Shown: piece after piece, positions 28,001-36,184 of the stretch
How the letters are laid out: each line of letters opens with the position of its first letter
Position numbering within the stretch: the first letter of the stretch is position 1
Assembly: GCA_035995985.1 (NCBI GenBank)
Contig: DASYJY010000035.1
Coordinates: 378 to 64,377, forward strand
Source: Thermoanaerobaculia bacterium
GTDB lineage: Bacteria > Acidobacteriota > Thermoanaerobaculia > Gp7-AA8
Length of the DNA: 64,000 nt
Reading direction: 5' to 3'
Notes under the pieces: model-generated
What the model saw: only the letters and a program-made list of their open reading frames with translations
Database searches by the model: none
Told to the model about the DNA's origin: nothing
Translations under genes and position numbers: made by a program

Positions 28001-29031
28001 ATCTCCTCGGTTTGCGGTGGATCCTGCTTCGCCGCTGCTTTCTTACGGGCGTCGTAAAGCGCCTTTTCGTCGTAATACCGCATGGCGTTGTTGTACTGAT
28101 CGGCGATCGCGTACGGTTGCGGATTGTCTTTGGCGTCGTAACCGTTCGTATCGACTCCGTCGACGCTCATCCGCCCACGGAAGAAGAACGACGGATAGTA
28201 ATAATCATCGCCGCAGTTACCGGCATTGATACAAGCCGTCGGCATCTTACCGGGATAGAAGTATACGGAGTTGATGTCCGCGTTGGAATCGGCCGCGTCA
28301 TTGATAAAAGGCTTGTAAAGCAGATCACGTCCGTAGGCGAGCGAGGTGATCCAGTGCGCACGGAAAATGAGCCCTGGATTTCGAGATTGCAAATCGCTGA
28401 TCGCGCTTTTGACAAACGGGACGACGTTCGACATGTAGACCCACCAACCCGGCACGTTTTCAATGGCGAGGCAGTAGACGTCGTACACCTGCGTCGGAGG
28501 CATATCCCCCGCCAGTGTGCGAATCACGCTGGATACCTCGGCGAGGAGGATTTGCCCGCCCCTCGGCAGGTTCTCAAAGACCTTTACGTTGACCAGACGA
28601 ACGTCGTTTCCCTGCCCTTTGATCTTACGGACTGTGATGAGACGCTCATACTGCCACTGGTCCGGCGCCACCATCAGAACATTGCCGCTCGTTACGTCGT
28701 CCGGAAGCGGCGGAGTCAGCGGCGCCTGGTTTTTTTCGCCGATCGTCGTGAGCACCATGTTGTTCTTCACGCCGTCATCGTAGTCGTCCAGCGTGACGAT
28801 CGTGCTGCCCGCATTCGTCTGCACGAGCGACTTGAGCTCTTCGATCATCGAGATCGCTTTTTCGGTCGCGAACTGTTTGCTCGATGTCAGGCGCGTGAGG
28901 TTATGTGCATTGCTCATCACGGTTACCGTTCCGAGCACCATCACGGAAATGATCGCGAAGCCGGCGATCACTTCGATAAGACTCATACCGGACTGCCGGC
29001 TACGCGTCGTCACTATCATTGTATTTCCCAT
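25078..29031 (-). CDS. giant (1317 aa) GspI/PilV-like pseudopilin with ~1250-aa C-terminal extension
   Basis: Class III signal peptide RSRQSG|MSLIEVIAGFAIISVMVLG (Gly-1, Glu+5). Lies between the gspK-like and gspJ-like genes. Single uninterrupted ORF. Confidence 0.7.
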   Translation of the reverse strand: MGNTMIVTTRSRQSGMSLIEVIAGFAIISVMVLGTVTVMSNAHNLTRLTSSKQFATEKAISMIEELKSLVQTNAGSTIVTLDDYDDGVKNNMVLTTIGEKNQAPLTPPLPDDVTSGNVLMVAPDQWQYERLITVRKIKGQGNDVRLVNVKVFENLPRGGQILLAEVSSVIRTLAGDMPPTQVYDVYCLAIENVPGWWVYMSNVVPFVKSAISDLQSRNPGLIFRAHWITSLAYGRDLLYKPFINDAADSNADINSVYFYPGKMPTACINAGNCGDDYYYPSFFFRGRMSVDGVDTNGYDAKDNPQPYAIADQYNNAMRYYDEKALYDARKKAAAKQDPPQTEEMTWRLLMDDMYMNPQNYTNALIINLHGELMPFPPVRNYSDAAKSPGTAGLQNVRAVTHPEQLAYAANNWVTLRVYTYTDPVSAPAIMPVPLTIRINGLNSWIPANPAGCTPVAPPPAGTTCNVQAIHGGVDNDGSGGADAYDAAPVAAASYPVVGKPNQMAWTYNIDAATGDTVLKLYGSPLRTPTETSGRGLAPEDRLYGLDYIPSPVEDLTTGAVQFSTDLTSTAVRPKNTARWLIKIPAAAIPATGAVLSVETRIGDQETSGYLYPNAVDPENKSRTFVWCGPNSYIYGTAATPPKLPITERFQVIGDPRHCPYADLKRPNVFSPSAFPAGAIVGPPAVAAGAYESPLGMGYNRYFDDMEDANRNRGGSAEITSADVEPFHIVASGGSQNNKFVVKIDGVALAISTTLSASTVDMTAAQVVAKLMANVLFTGVANADAVSGRVRITTKGRPGSVQFDTTAANNCGAELGFDNSIGRTPGWPGWVYNVGAQQYGINNNGNLADAGWDTGAGSLEIDVHRLFQMLRSSLTRSNAIWTTMTGFSYYYIGIGNEIGYDSANGFPSSVPVSTKPFTGSGGSLYENSITGTVKYIRDNAAPPVWWAKPWMGELYPDTSYASWLANGNIPTGTGGTKFVRDDRAKFPPFNGTNLTASVRRTKEMGSTTLFWSGNAAATFHHTYHDGDQANITSPGPGKDIADNYALPVPDTIDNARPFDINVNNTGYNPENFLEPATYPNAYVARVLNTYYTHPGGETQGSALLALTDPASNNPAFIAVNGLSPTGVAGTTFIAKWSFLTLIQSYMNGGLYTDASASPKAKHVRQLPRVVITDPNENTDLKNKSSITVGWKTTWKRWDDLTYTTDPQYANWTETLTMKYAVIYSPSNGVPDKNPANGNPTGWKYIQDNSVAYTGVKPDPAHEISVAVSAASTTSSTTFNTPAGTFPQGNYLIRVEGYREGYPLHYSFHQYRAFLQRSP

Positions 29032-29032
29032 G

Positions 29033-30235
29033 TCATTTCCCGACCCAATACTTGCTGCGGCTGAAACGGTACTGACCCATTTGTGAATTGATCTGGCCGA
29101 TGATGGCCGGGTCGTAGTCAGCCTCGGAAATGTCCGTACCGCTGTTGATCGCTACCGTGGCGCTGCTGGAGTTGTTCGCCGCGATGATGGCACCGCTCAC
29201 CTGCGTGACCTCGCTGATGACGAGGTTGCCCGTGCAATAGATGACGCCACTCCAATTGGAGTTCGATCCGACCGCGACCGTCAGATCGCCATACACGACC
29301 AGGATTCCGCTGCCAGTGAGTGGCCGCTTGTTATCAAACACGGCAGGGCCATTGATGATGATCAGGTTCATCGCCGGCAGCGGATTGGGAAGGTCAGTTA
29401 CCGTCGTCACATTAACGTCGGCAAGACCCTGCAACTCCTGAGGCGTCACTGCAAAGACCGCCTGGATGTCGTACGGCGCCGCGGAATTGGTCTTCGTAGG
29501 CGTGAGACCGCGGACCACTCCGTTATTTTTCATACCGAGACCGCCGCCCGGTCTGCACGAGACGCCGATCCCTGCACCGCCCTGGATTTTAGTTTTTGTA
29601 TCGATCGTGACGTTATCGCAATTCGCGCTGAAGAGGGCCGCGCCGCCGTCAGGAACATTGACGCTCATTTTCTGAATCTCAGTGCGAAAGGTCTGCTTTG
29701 AAAGAATCTGATTGGTGCTCTGATCGTAATTATCGTTGGCTGGATCGTTCTGCACCCACACGTATCCGATCGACTCCAACTGCCAGACGGAGCCCTGGGT
29801 CGCACTAGTGCGGCCTTTCTGGTTGGTAACGTCGACGACGCCAGCCCCGGCCACGCTGAACGGGAGGCTGCCTTTCCTGACTTCATACCGGGCCATCAGA
29901 CGTCCCGGACCGCTGACTTGATAGTTGCGGACGATCCCCATGTTGGGACTGTTGGTGTCCTCAGTCTCGTTGATCGGCGGATTCGCGGACGCGTCGATAA
30001 TGGGGTTGAACGTCTTGACGGGCTGTACCTTCTGCTTCCGGAACCATGACAGCGCATCGACCAAACCTGCCTGCGCGGCATTCGCGGCCTGTCCCTGATA
30101 GGTGAGTTGGCGGGAGACGAGACGGTTTCCGAGTTGAACCTGAGTCAACATCGTGAGAAGCGTCAGCAGAACGAGCGAGATGATGATCGTCGTCGCAAGG
30201 ACTGCTTGTCCTCTTTCTCTGTGGCGGTGCTTCAT
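29033..30235 (-). CDS. GspK-like minor pseudopilin
   Basis: N-terminus MKHRHRERGQAVLATTIIISLVLLTLLTML (GspK-type uncleaved hydrophobic start, no Glu+5), with a large periplasmic domain. Confidence 0.6.
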   Translation of the reverse strand: MKHRHRERGQAVLATTIIISLVLLTLLTMLTQVQLGNRLVSRQLTYQGQAANAAQAGLVDALSWFRKQKVQPVKTFNPIIDASANPPINETEDTNSPNMGIVRNYQVSGPGRLMARYEVRKGSLPFSVAGAGVVDVTNQKGRTSATQGSVWQLESIGYVWVQNDPANDNYDQSTNQILSKQTFRTEIQKMSVNVPDGGAALFSANCDNVTIDTKTKIQGGAGIGVSCRPGGGLGMKNNGVVRGLTPTKTNSAAPYDIQAVFAVTPQELQGLADVNVTTVTDLPNPLPAMNLIIINGPAVFDNKRPLTGSGILVVYGDLTVAVGSNSNWSGVIYCTGNLVISEVTQVSGAIIAANNSSSATVAINSGTDISEADYDPAIIGQINSQMGQYRFSRSKYWVGK

Positions 30236-30370
30236 TCGTCCTCCCGGCAGCATGGTGGGCTCCCTATGAGCAATGGCTGAGCCATGCGGTGCGTATCGCC
30301 TAAGCGATTGATGTACGGCCATTTAGCTATTTCCTAGGGCTTTCGAGGTCGAGAGCATCGCCGGATTCTG

Positions 30371-32071
30371 TTACAAAATGTAACGGCTGCGCAGCTGCTC
30401 CGACAGCACCTCGGCGGGCGACGTGCCGGTGGCGGACGGCTCATCGAACTCGATCTCGGCCACGGCTCCCCCTTCCGGGCGCGGCAGGAGTTGGATGGTG
30501 CCCTGGTGCAGAAGGATGATCTTTTTCGTCAGCGTCAGCCCGAGGCCGAAGCCGGCAGGCTTTCCTGATTGGAAGGGGACGAAGAGCCGAACGGCCGGAT
30601 CGAGACCCGCTCCGTCGTCTTCGACCGTGATGCGGCTCCGTGGATGCGCGCTCGTGCGGATGACGATGCGGCCCTCACCTCCCCGCGATTGAATCGATTC
30701 GACGGCGTTGCGAATGATGTTGTCGAGTGCGCGCGCCAGGAGCGCCGCGTCACCGCGCACGGAGAGCTTGTCGCCGCTGACGTCGAACGCGATGGCCGGC
30801 GCGAGTGGCGCGATCCGTTCGACGACATCGCGGACGAGCGCGGTCAGCGCGACATCATCGTGCCGGGCGGCGAGCGGCCGGCCGAGCGCGAGGAGACGTT
30901 CGACGGCGTCCGAAAGCGCGAGCGCCTCCTGTTCGGCCTTGCGCAGCCGCTCGTTGCTCGCTTCGTCCGCCGCGCCGAGGCGAGCCAGCCGGAGGTAGCC
31001 GAGAATCGCCGCGAGTGAATTTCGGAATTCGTGCGCAATGCCTCCTGACATTTCGCCCAGATCGGCAAGCGCCTGCATGTCGCGCACGCGCTGCTCGAGC
31101 TTGCGGACTTCGGTCAGGTCGGCGAACAGCGCGAGCATGCCGAGGTATCGGCCGTCCTGATCCATGAGCGGGACCGTCGAGACGCCGATGTGCACCGGTT
31201 CGGCGCCGCCGCTCGTCACCTCGCGGCGCTGCACGGCGATTCGCCGCTCGTGCGCCATCGCCAGCGTCCGTGCGAACGTCGATGTGCCGAGGGCCTGCTC
31301 GACGGTGCGGCCGGTGGCGGCGGCGCTGCCCGGCAGGTCGAGGATGTCGCAGGCGAACTGATTCAGATCGACGATCAGGCCGGCTTCGTCGAGGGCGATG
31401 AATCCGGAGGTGAGACTGCGCACGAGCGTGCCGGTCAGACGGGCCAATTCGTCGGCGCGTTCTTTCTCTTGCCGATGCATCCGTTTCAGCTCGTTCTCGC
31501 GCTGCTTCAGCGTTTCGAGAGAGCTGCCGAACGTGTGGAGAAGGTAGGCGGTGCCGCCCTCGTCGCCGGCCGTTCCGCGCTCCGCCGGCGCGCGGCCTCG
31601 AATCGCGTCATTGACGTAGACCGGCAGAAGAAGGATCGCGGCGATTCCGGCGATGACGCCGGCCACGAGCGCCAGCCGCACCGTCCGGGCGATGTGCTGC
31701 AACGCCTCTTCCGCGAAGTGAATGCGGACGACGGCCGGTCCGGCCGTCCGCGTTTCCACGTGCGACGGCGCGCCGGCCGGCGGGACGATGCCCAATCGCA
31801 CGACTGCACTACCCGACTGAATCTCGATGGCGTCCAGCCGGTATCGCTGCCGCAGGACATCGAGCGCGGCCAGGTCAGGGATGCCGCCTGCGAGCGTTGC
31901 CGCACACGCGTCGCTGATAGCCGCCTCGCGTTCGCGTTCGGATCGTTGCGCGACAATCCAGAGCGCCGGAACGGTGCTCGACAACACGACGGCGCCGGCG
32001 GCGAACAGCGCCAGCAGCATCGACGAGACGCCAAGCAACGACCTGCGCCGGGAAGCGGATCCGCTGGACAT
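30371..32071 (-). CDS. sensor histidine kinase with TM/PAS-like sensor, HisKA and HATPase_c domains
   Basis: H-box GGIAHEFRNSL, plus N, D and G boxes (IIRNAVES, DDGAGL, GFGLGL). Start taken at MSSGSASRRRSLLGV to avoid overlapping the peptidase gene. Confidence 0.8.
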   Translation of the reverse strand: MSSGSASRRRSLLGVSSMLLALFAAGAVVLSSTVPALWIVAQRSEREREAAISDACAATLAGGIPDLAALDVLRQRYRLDAIEIQSGSAVVRLGIVPPAGAPSHVETRTAGPAVVRIHFAEEALQHIARTVRLALVAGVIAGIAAILLLPVYVNDAIRGRAPAERGTAGDEGGTAYLLHTFGSSLETLKQRENELKRMHRQEKERADELARLTGTLVRSLTSGFIALDEAGLIVDLNQFACDILDLPGSAAATGRTVEQALGTSTFARTLAMAHERRIAVQRREVTSGGAEPVHIGVSTVPLMDQDGRYLGMLALFADLTEVRKLEQRVRDMQALADLGEMSGGIAHEFRNSLAAILGYLRLARLGAADEASNERLRKAEQEALALSDAVERLLALGRPLAARHDDVALTALVRDVVERIAPLAPAIAFDVSGDKLSVRGDAALLARALDNIIRNAVESIQSRGGEGRIVIRTSAHPRSRITVEDDGAGLDPAVRLFVPFQSGKPAGFGLGLTLTKKIILLHQGTIQLLPRPEGGAVAEIEFDEPSATGTSPAEVLSEQLRSRYIL

Positions 32072-32093
32072 TCCTGACAGGATAGCGCCGCGG

Positions 32094-32921
32094 TCAGCGC
32101 GGCACGAAGCTGAGATACCAGTCCGCCATCTCGTGACCGAAGAACAGAACGGCGAGAAAGCCGATGCCGAGGAAGACGCCGAACGGGAGCGCGGTCCGCA
32201 TCCCTTCGCCACTGCGAATCGCGAGCGGGATGCTGATCAACGATCCGGTCACCGAGGCGATCATGAGGACCGGGACGACGCTTCGCCATCCGGTGACGGC
32301 GCCGATCATCGCCAGCAGTTTGATGTCGCCCTGCCCCATCCCCTCGGCATGGCGCAAAAGCCAGTAGATGCCGATGATCGCCAGCGGAATGGCCGCGCCG
32401 AGGAACGCGCCGAAAAGGGAGTCGAGCAGCGAATCGGCCAGCATCAGCGATGGATGCAGGATGCCGAGGCCGAGCGCGCCGGCGCCGAGTCCGATGGCGA
32501 TGCCGGGGAGGTCGATGACGTCAGGAAGGATTTGGATATCGGCGTCGATGTAGATGAGGGCGATGGTGATCGAGATGATCGCCGCGACGATCACGAATGC
32601 GACTGTCGGCCCGGTGCGCTGATAGACAGCAAGATAAAAGAGCGCGTTCGCCAGCTCTACGAGCGGATAGCGCCAGGCGATGCCGGCTCCGCAGGCGCGG
32701 CAACGTCCGCGCAGCACGATGAAACTGAGGACGGGGATGTTGTCGTACCAGCGGATGGCCGCATCGCACTGCGGACAATGGCTGCCGGGAAAGACGATCG
32801 ACTCGTCGCGCGGATAGCGATGGATGACGACGTTGAGAAAGCTTCCGACGATCGCGCCGATGGCAAAGGCGTAGATGCCGAGCAGGAGCGTCATTGAGGC
32901 GGATTGTATTGGGAGTGTCAT
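32094..32921 (-). CDS. prepilin peptidase (A24 family; PilD/GspO)
   Basis: N-terminal CPQC...CRAC zinc-binding tetracysteine. Eight TM segments. Catalytic Asp region GQGDIKLLAMIGA. Confidence 0.9.
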   Translation of the reverse strand: MTLPIQSASMTLLLGIYAFAIGAIVGSFLNVVIHRYPRDESIVFPGSHCPQCDAAIRWYDNIPVLSFIVLRGRCRACGAGIAWRYPLVELANALFYLAVYQRTGPTVAFVIVAAIISITIALIYIDADIQILPDVIDLPGIAIGLGAGALGLGILHPSLMLADSLLDSLFGAFLGAAIPLAIIGIYWLLRHAEGMGQGDIKLLAMIGAVTGWRSVVPVLMIASVTGSLISIPLAIRSGEGMRTALPFGVFLGIGFLAVLFFGHEMADWYLSFVPR

Positions 32922-32924
32922 CCG

Positions 32925-33203
32925 CTACGACGCGGAGATCTCTTCCCCAAGCACCTCGGCGCGCGCGGCTTCGACGGCCAGCAGGATCTCCTGGTAGAGA
33001 TGGAAGGCGAAGTCTTTGTTCAGCGGCTCGGCGGCTCCGCGGTTGACGATGTCCGCGATCTGGGCGGCGTAGTACGACGCCAGCGGAAGGCGTTCGCCGG
33101 AGTTGTGGATCTGGCGGAATCCGAAGAGCAGTTCTTCGCGCAGCGACTCGCGAAAGAGGCCGTTGGCGACGTCGTCTTCGAGGCTCTCGTAGTCGACATT
33201 CAT
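32925..33203 (-). CDS. hypothetical small protein (92 aa)
   Basis: Start taken at MNVDYESLEDD, whose ATG overlaps the upstream gene's stop (ATGA). The track ORF's Arg-rich 5' extension is judged artefactual. Confidence 0.35.
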   Translation of the reverse strand: MNVDYESLEDDVANGLFRESLREELLFGFRQIHNSGERLPLASYYAAQIADIVNRGAAEPLNKDFAFHLYQEILLAVEAARAEVLGEEISAS

Positions 33204-34366
33204 CGGATGAACGACTCCACGAGCTTGGCGTCGGCGCCGTACGCGGCGCGAACGCGGACACCGTCCAGCGCCATCTTCGGTTCGAGGCCTCGGCCGCGAA
33301 GGAAGGCCGCGTAGGCGTCGCGGAAGGCGAGGGCGCGGCCGGCGTTTTCCCACTGCGTGTCGACGAGCACGGTCGGATCGCATTTGATGTTCTGCACGAC
33401 AGTGACGCGATCGTCGATCCATCCGGCGCCGGCGTCGCCAACGAGGAAGCGCCAGTGAAACTCGCCGAGGTGCTCGACGGTGAGGGCGTGGGGGAGCGGG
33501 GACTTGTCGTCGAACGCGACCGCCGCCGCGCTGGTCGCGGCGAGGCGTGTGAAGTATTCGGCAGGATGGAGCACCTCGCGCGTCGAACGCGGCGGGTTCT
33601 CGTCCATGCGGTCGACCATCTTCCAGCCGCCGCGGCGATAGCCTTCGATGACCAGCTTCAGCCCCTCCGCGTACGGAAACTTGAGCGACTCGGCGAAGTA
33701 GCGTGGCGTGGACGCGTCGATCGTTTTGTCGGCGGCGCCCAGAGACGACGTCAGCATCGACAGCACTTCGGGATTGGCGAGGACGTCGTCGAGCTTTTGG
33801 CCGGCGCGGTCGAGCACGAAGTCGATCATCACCAGCGTCGCTTCGCCTTCCAGCAGCGCATGCAGCGCGAGGCCGCCGTCGGTATCTTTCTGCAAGGCAA
33901 GATCGCGCGCGCCGGCGTGGAAGCGCTGGTCCTGGAGCGCGTGCGTCAGTTCGTGGATGACGACCGACTCGCGGAGCATGTCGCTGTCTCCGATCCCGCC
34001 GGCAGCGGACGGCAGCTTGTCGATCGCGAAGTAGGTGTGCGTCAGCGGATCGTAGAAAGCCAGCACCTGCGACTCGTACAGATCGAGCATGCTGCCGACG
34101 AGATCGGTCTTGCCGCCGTCAACGAGTTGCAGGGCGCGGAGAACGAGCGCGTAGTCGTCGGGCGAATACGGCAGCGATTTCTCCATCTGCGCGCGCAGAA
34201 CCTTCGGCAGCTCTTCACGCGTGATCATCTTCGAGACGACGGGACGGATGAACGTGAGTCCGCGCAGCTTCTCGACCACTTTCATTTCGGTATCGAGCGA
34301 TGCGGCGTGCGCGGCCGCCGAGACAAGAAAGAGTATTGCGATGAAGACCGGGAGCCGTCGGGACAT
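33200..34366 (-). CDS. secreted putative zinc metallopeptidase (HExxH motif), function unknown
   Basis: Signal peptide MSRRLPVFIAILFLVSAAAHA. VVIHELTHALQD with a downstream EGEAT (gluzincin-like). First gene of the long minus-strand operon. Confidence 0.5.
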   Translation of the reverse strand: MSRRLPVFIAILFLVSAAAHAASLDTEMKVVEKLRGLTFIRPVVSKMITREELPKVLRAQMEKSLPYSPDDYALVLRALQLVDGGKTDLVGSMLDLYESQVLAFYDPLTHTYFAIDKLPSAAGGIGDSDMLRESVVIHELTHALQDQRFHAGARDLALQKDTDGGLALHALLEGEATLVMIDFVLDRAGQKLDDVLANPEVLSMLTSSLGAADKTIDASTPRYFAESLKFPYAEGLKLVIEGYRRGGWKMVDRMDENPPRSTREVLHPAEYFTRLAATSAAAVAFDDKSPLPHALTVEHLGEFHWRFLVGDAGAGWIDDRVTVVQNIKCDPTVLVDTQWENAGRALAFRDAYAAFLRGRGLEPKMALDGVRVRAAYGADAKLVESFIR

Positions 34367-34405
34367 GCGGCTCGCAACGGTGCGGCTATCCCCGCGATTC
34401 CGAAT

Positions 34406-34453
34406 TTCACTCTTCACACTTCACACTTCACCCTTCACTCTTTAGCCTTTACA
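34406..34453. promoter_or_regulatory. tandem heptamer array (TTCACNC x5 plus 2 degenerate units) in the divergent promoter region, abutting the rsbW-like start codon
   Basis: The sequence reads ttcactc ttcacac ttcacac ttcaccc ttcactc tttagcc tttacaa, followed by ATG. Confidence 0.55.
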
Positions 34454-34927
34454 ATGCGCGGCGGTTCAAAATTGATGGAACGTGACGGCGAGCGGATCGA
34501 GATCACCATCAGCAGTCGGTTCGAGAACATCGAGCTCGTGCAGGTGATCGCCGAACATCTCTGCGAAAACGCTGGGATGGATGAAGATGGCTCGCACTGG
34601 ATCGGCATGGCCGTCCGCGAGGCGGTCGCGAACGCGATCAAGCACGGCAACAAGCTGGACGTGAAGAAGAAGGTCAACGCCACGTTCGAACTGCACGGCC
34701 ACAATCTGGCCATCACGATTTCAGACGAGGGAACCGGCTTCGATCCGGAGAAGGTGAGCGACCCGCTCAACCCGCAGAACCTGATGAAGACGAGCGGCCG
34801 CGGCATCTTCTACATGCGTACGTTCATGGACCAGATCCGCTATTCGTTCGAGGCCGGCGGCGGGACTTCGCTCGTGATGACTAAAAACCTGGCCAAAGGA
34901 ACCGGTATCGCCAGCGGCAAAGCCTGA
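34454..34927 (+). CDS. anti-sigma factor / serine-protein kinase (RsbW/SpoIIAB-like, HATPase_c)
   Basis: Bergerat ATP-binding motifs EAVANAIKHG and DEGTGF...GRGIF. Alternative start at 34475. Confidence 0.75.
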   Translation: MRGGSKLMERDGERIEITISSRFENIELVQVIAEHLCENAGMDEDGSHWIGMAVREAVANAIKHGNKLDVKKKVNATFELHGHNLAITISDEGTGFDPEKVSDPLNPQNLMKTSGRGIFYMRTFMDQIRYSFEAGGGTSLVMTKNLAKGTGIASGKA

Positions 34928-34982
34928 TATCTTCCGCGTCCGCGGCCGGATGCCGCGGGGAAGCAGACAAAGGAGAAGAGAG

Positions 34983-35309
34983 ATGAAAGCCACCACTCGC
35001 GACGTAAACGACATCGCGATCATCAAAGTCGATGGCAAGATCACGATCGGCGCGGGCGACCAGCAGCTTCGCGATGTGATCGCGGGCGCCTCCAGCAAGA
35101 AAATCCTGCTCGACCTCTCCGGCGTGACGACGATCGATTCGTCCGGGATCGGCGAATTGGTCGGCTCGTATACGACCGTGACGAACAAGGGCGGCAAGCT
35201 GAAACTGCTGCACCTTCCTGCCAAACTCAACGAGCTGCTCCACGTGACCCAGCTCATCACCGTGTTCGAGGTCTACGAAAACGAAGACGAAGCGATCAAG
35301 AGCTTCTAG
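34983..35309 (+). CDS. anti-sigma factor antagonist (STAS domain; RsbV/SpoIIAA-like)
   Basis: STAS fold with the phosphorylatable Ser region LDLSGVTTIDSSGIGELV. Confidence 0.8.
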   Translation: MKATTRDVNDIAIIKVDGKITIGAGDQQLRDVIAGASSKKILLDLSGVTTIDSSGIGELVGSYTTVTNKGGKLKLLHLPAKLNELLHVTQLITVFEVYENEDEAIKSF

Positions 35310-35339
35310 GCCGGCAGGCCGCGTTTCCTCGTTCGACCG

Positions 35340-35412
35340 CGCGGTCTTAGTGGATTAGTAGATTCGTGGATCCGAAGATTCGGGTCTCTTCTTATCTACT
35401 AATCCACTGATC
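35340..35412. repeat. inverted-repeat element containing GTGGATTAGTAGAT / ATCTACTAATCCAC arms (terminator-like; related copy at 39318-39390)
   Basis: The arm agtggattagtagattcgtggatc pairs with atctactaatccactgatctacgaatccact. Lies between convergent genes. Confidence 0.5.
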
Positions 35413-35422
35413 TACGAATCCA

Positions 35423-36094
35423 CTATCCCGGTCCGCGGCGGCGCCTTGCCGGGCCGTTGTCGTCCATCCCTGTCGACGCCGGACCCTGCCAGCGCATCGG
35501 AAGCGCGTTCGTCGTAACCGTCTCCGTTCGCTCGACCCATTTCGTGAACAGCTCGTCGGCGAGCTTCTTGTCGCGCACCGCTCGCTCTGGAATGCCGACC
35601 AGCATCGCGAACGGAGCGGGATCGCCGAGGAAGTTGACGCGGAGTTGGAGAGCATGAGGCTTCGGCGTCCAGGGGGAGTTGGCCGGCATGTGGATGTTGA
35701 TGTTCGCGCCGGCGTTGAACGTGCGCCGCTCGCCGGATGGAATCGAGATCAGCCGCGGCAGGAACTCTTCGCCGGGGATCTCGGAGCCGACGTCGATCGT
35801 GACCGTGCGCGTCTCGGGATCGTAGTTCGACTGCGCGTTGCGGTCGGCGATCAGGATTGGGGTCGCGCGCTGATTGGTCACCTCGTACTTAATGGCGATG
35901 CTCGTCCCCTGCCTCATGTCCTCGCCATAGATTTCAGCATCGACGCGGACGTCATTCTCGGTACCGACCATCCGCCGCGCCTGTTTCATGTTGATTTTGC
36001 CGGGCGCCGTCGCGGGCGTGGGCGCCGTGTTCGAGTTGCAGGATGCGGCAAGCAACAGCATCGACGCACAAACGGATCGGCGCATGAGGGTCAT
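35423..36094 (-). CDS. hypothetical lipoprotein (paralog of 36812-37447)
   Basis: Lipobox LLAASC. Shares the motifs VGSEIPGEEFLPRLISIPSGERRTF and LFTKWVERTETVTTNALPMRW with its paralog. Confidence 0.5.
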   Translation of the reverse strand: MTLMRRSVCASMLLLAASCNSNTAPTPATAPGKINMKQARRMVGTENDVRVDAEIYGEDMRQGTSIAIKYEVTNQRATPILIADRNAQSNYDPETRTVTIDVGSEIPGEEFLPRLISIPSGERRTFNAGANINIHMPANSPWTPKPHALQLRVNFLGDPAPFAMLVGIPERAVRDKKLADELFTKWVERTETVTTNALPMRWQGPASTGMDDNGPARRRRGPG

Positions 36095-36184
36095 GGCGGG
36101 AAATTACTACCGTTTGCTTGCCGAAGATGAAAAACAAACGCAAATGAAAAGGCCTCCCGCGAGGGAGGCCCGGTTATCTTCAGA

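Noticed and set aside
27820-29064. 414-aa plus-strand ORF inside the giant pseudopilin gene
   Set aside because: Antisense; no motifs; overlaps a single continuous 1317-codon frame on the other strand.
34406-34453. Heptamer array considered as a mini-CRISPR
   Set aside because: The units are 7 nt and directly abutting, with no spacers. They are scored as a regulatory tandem repeat instead.
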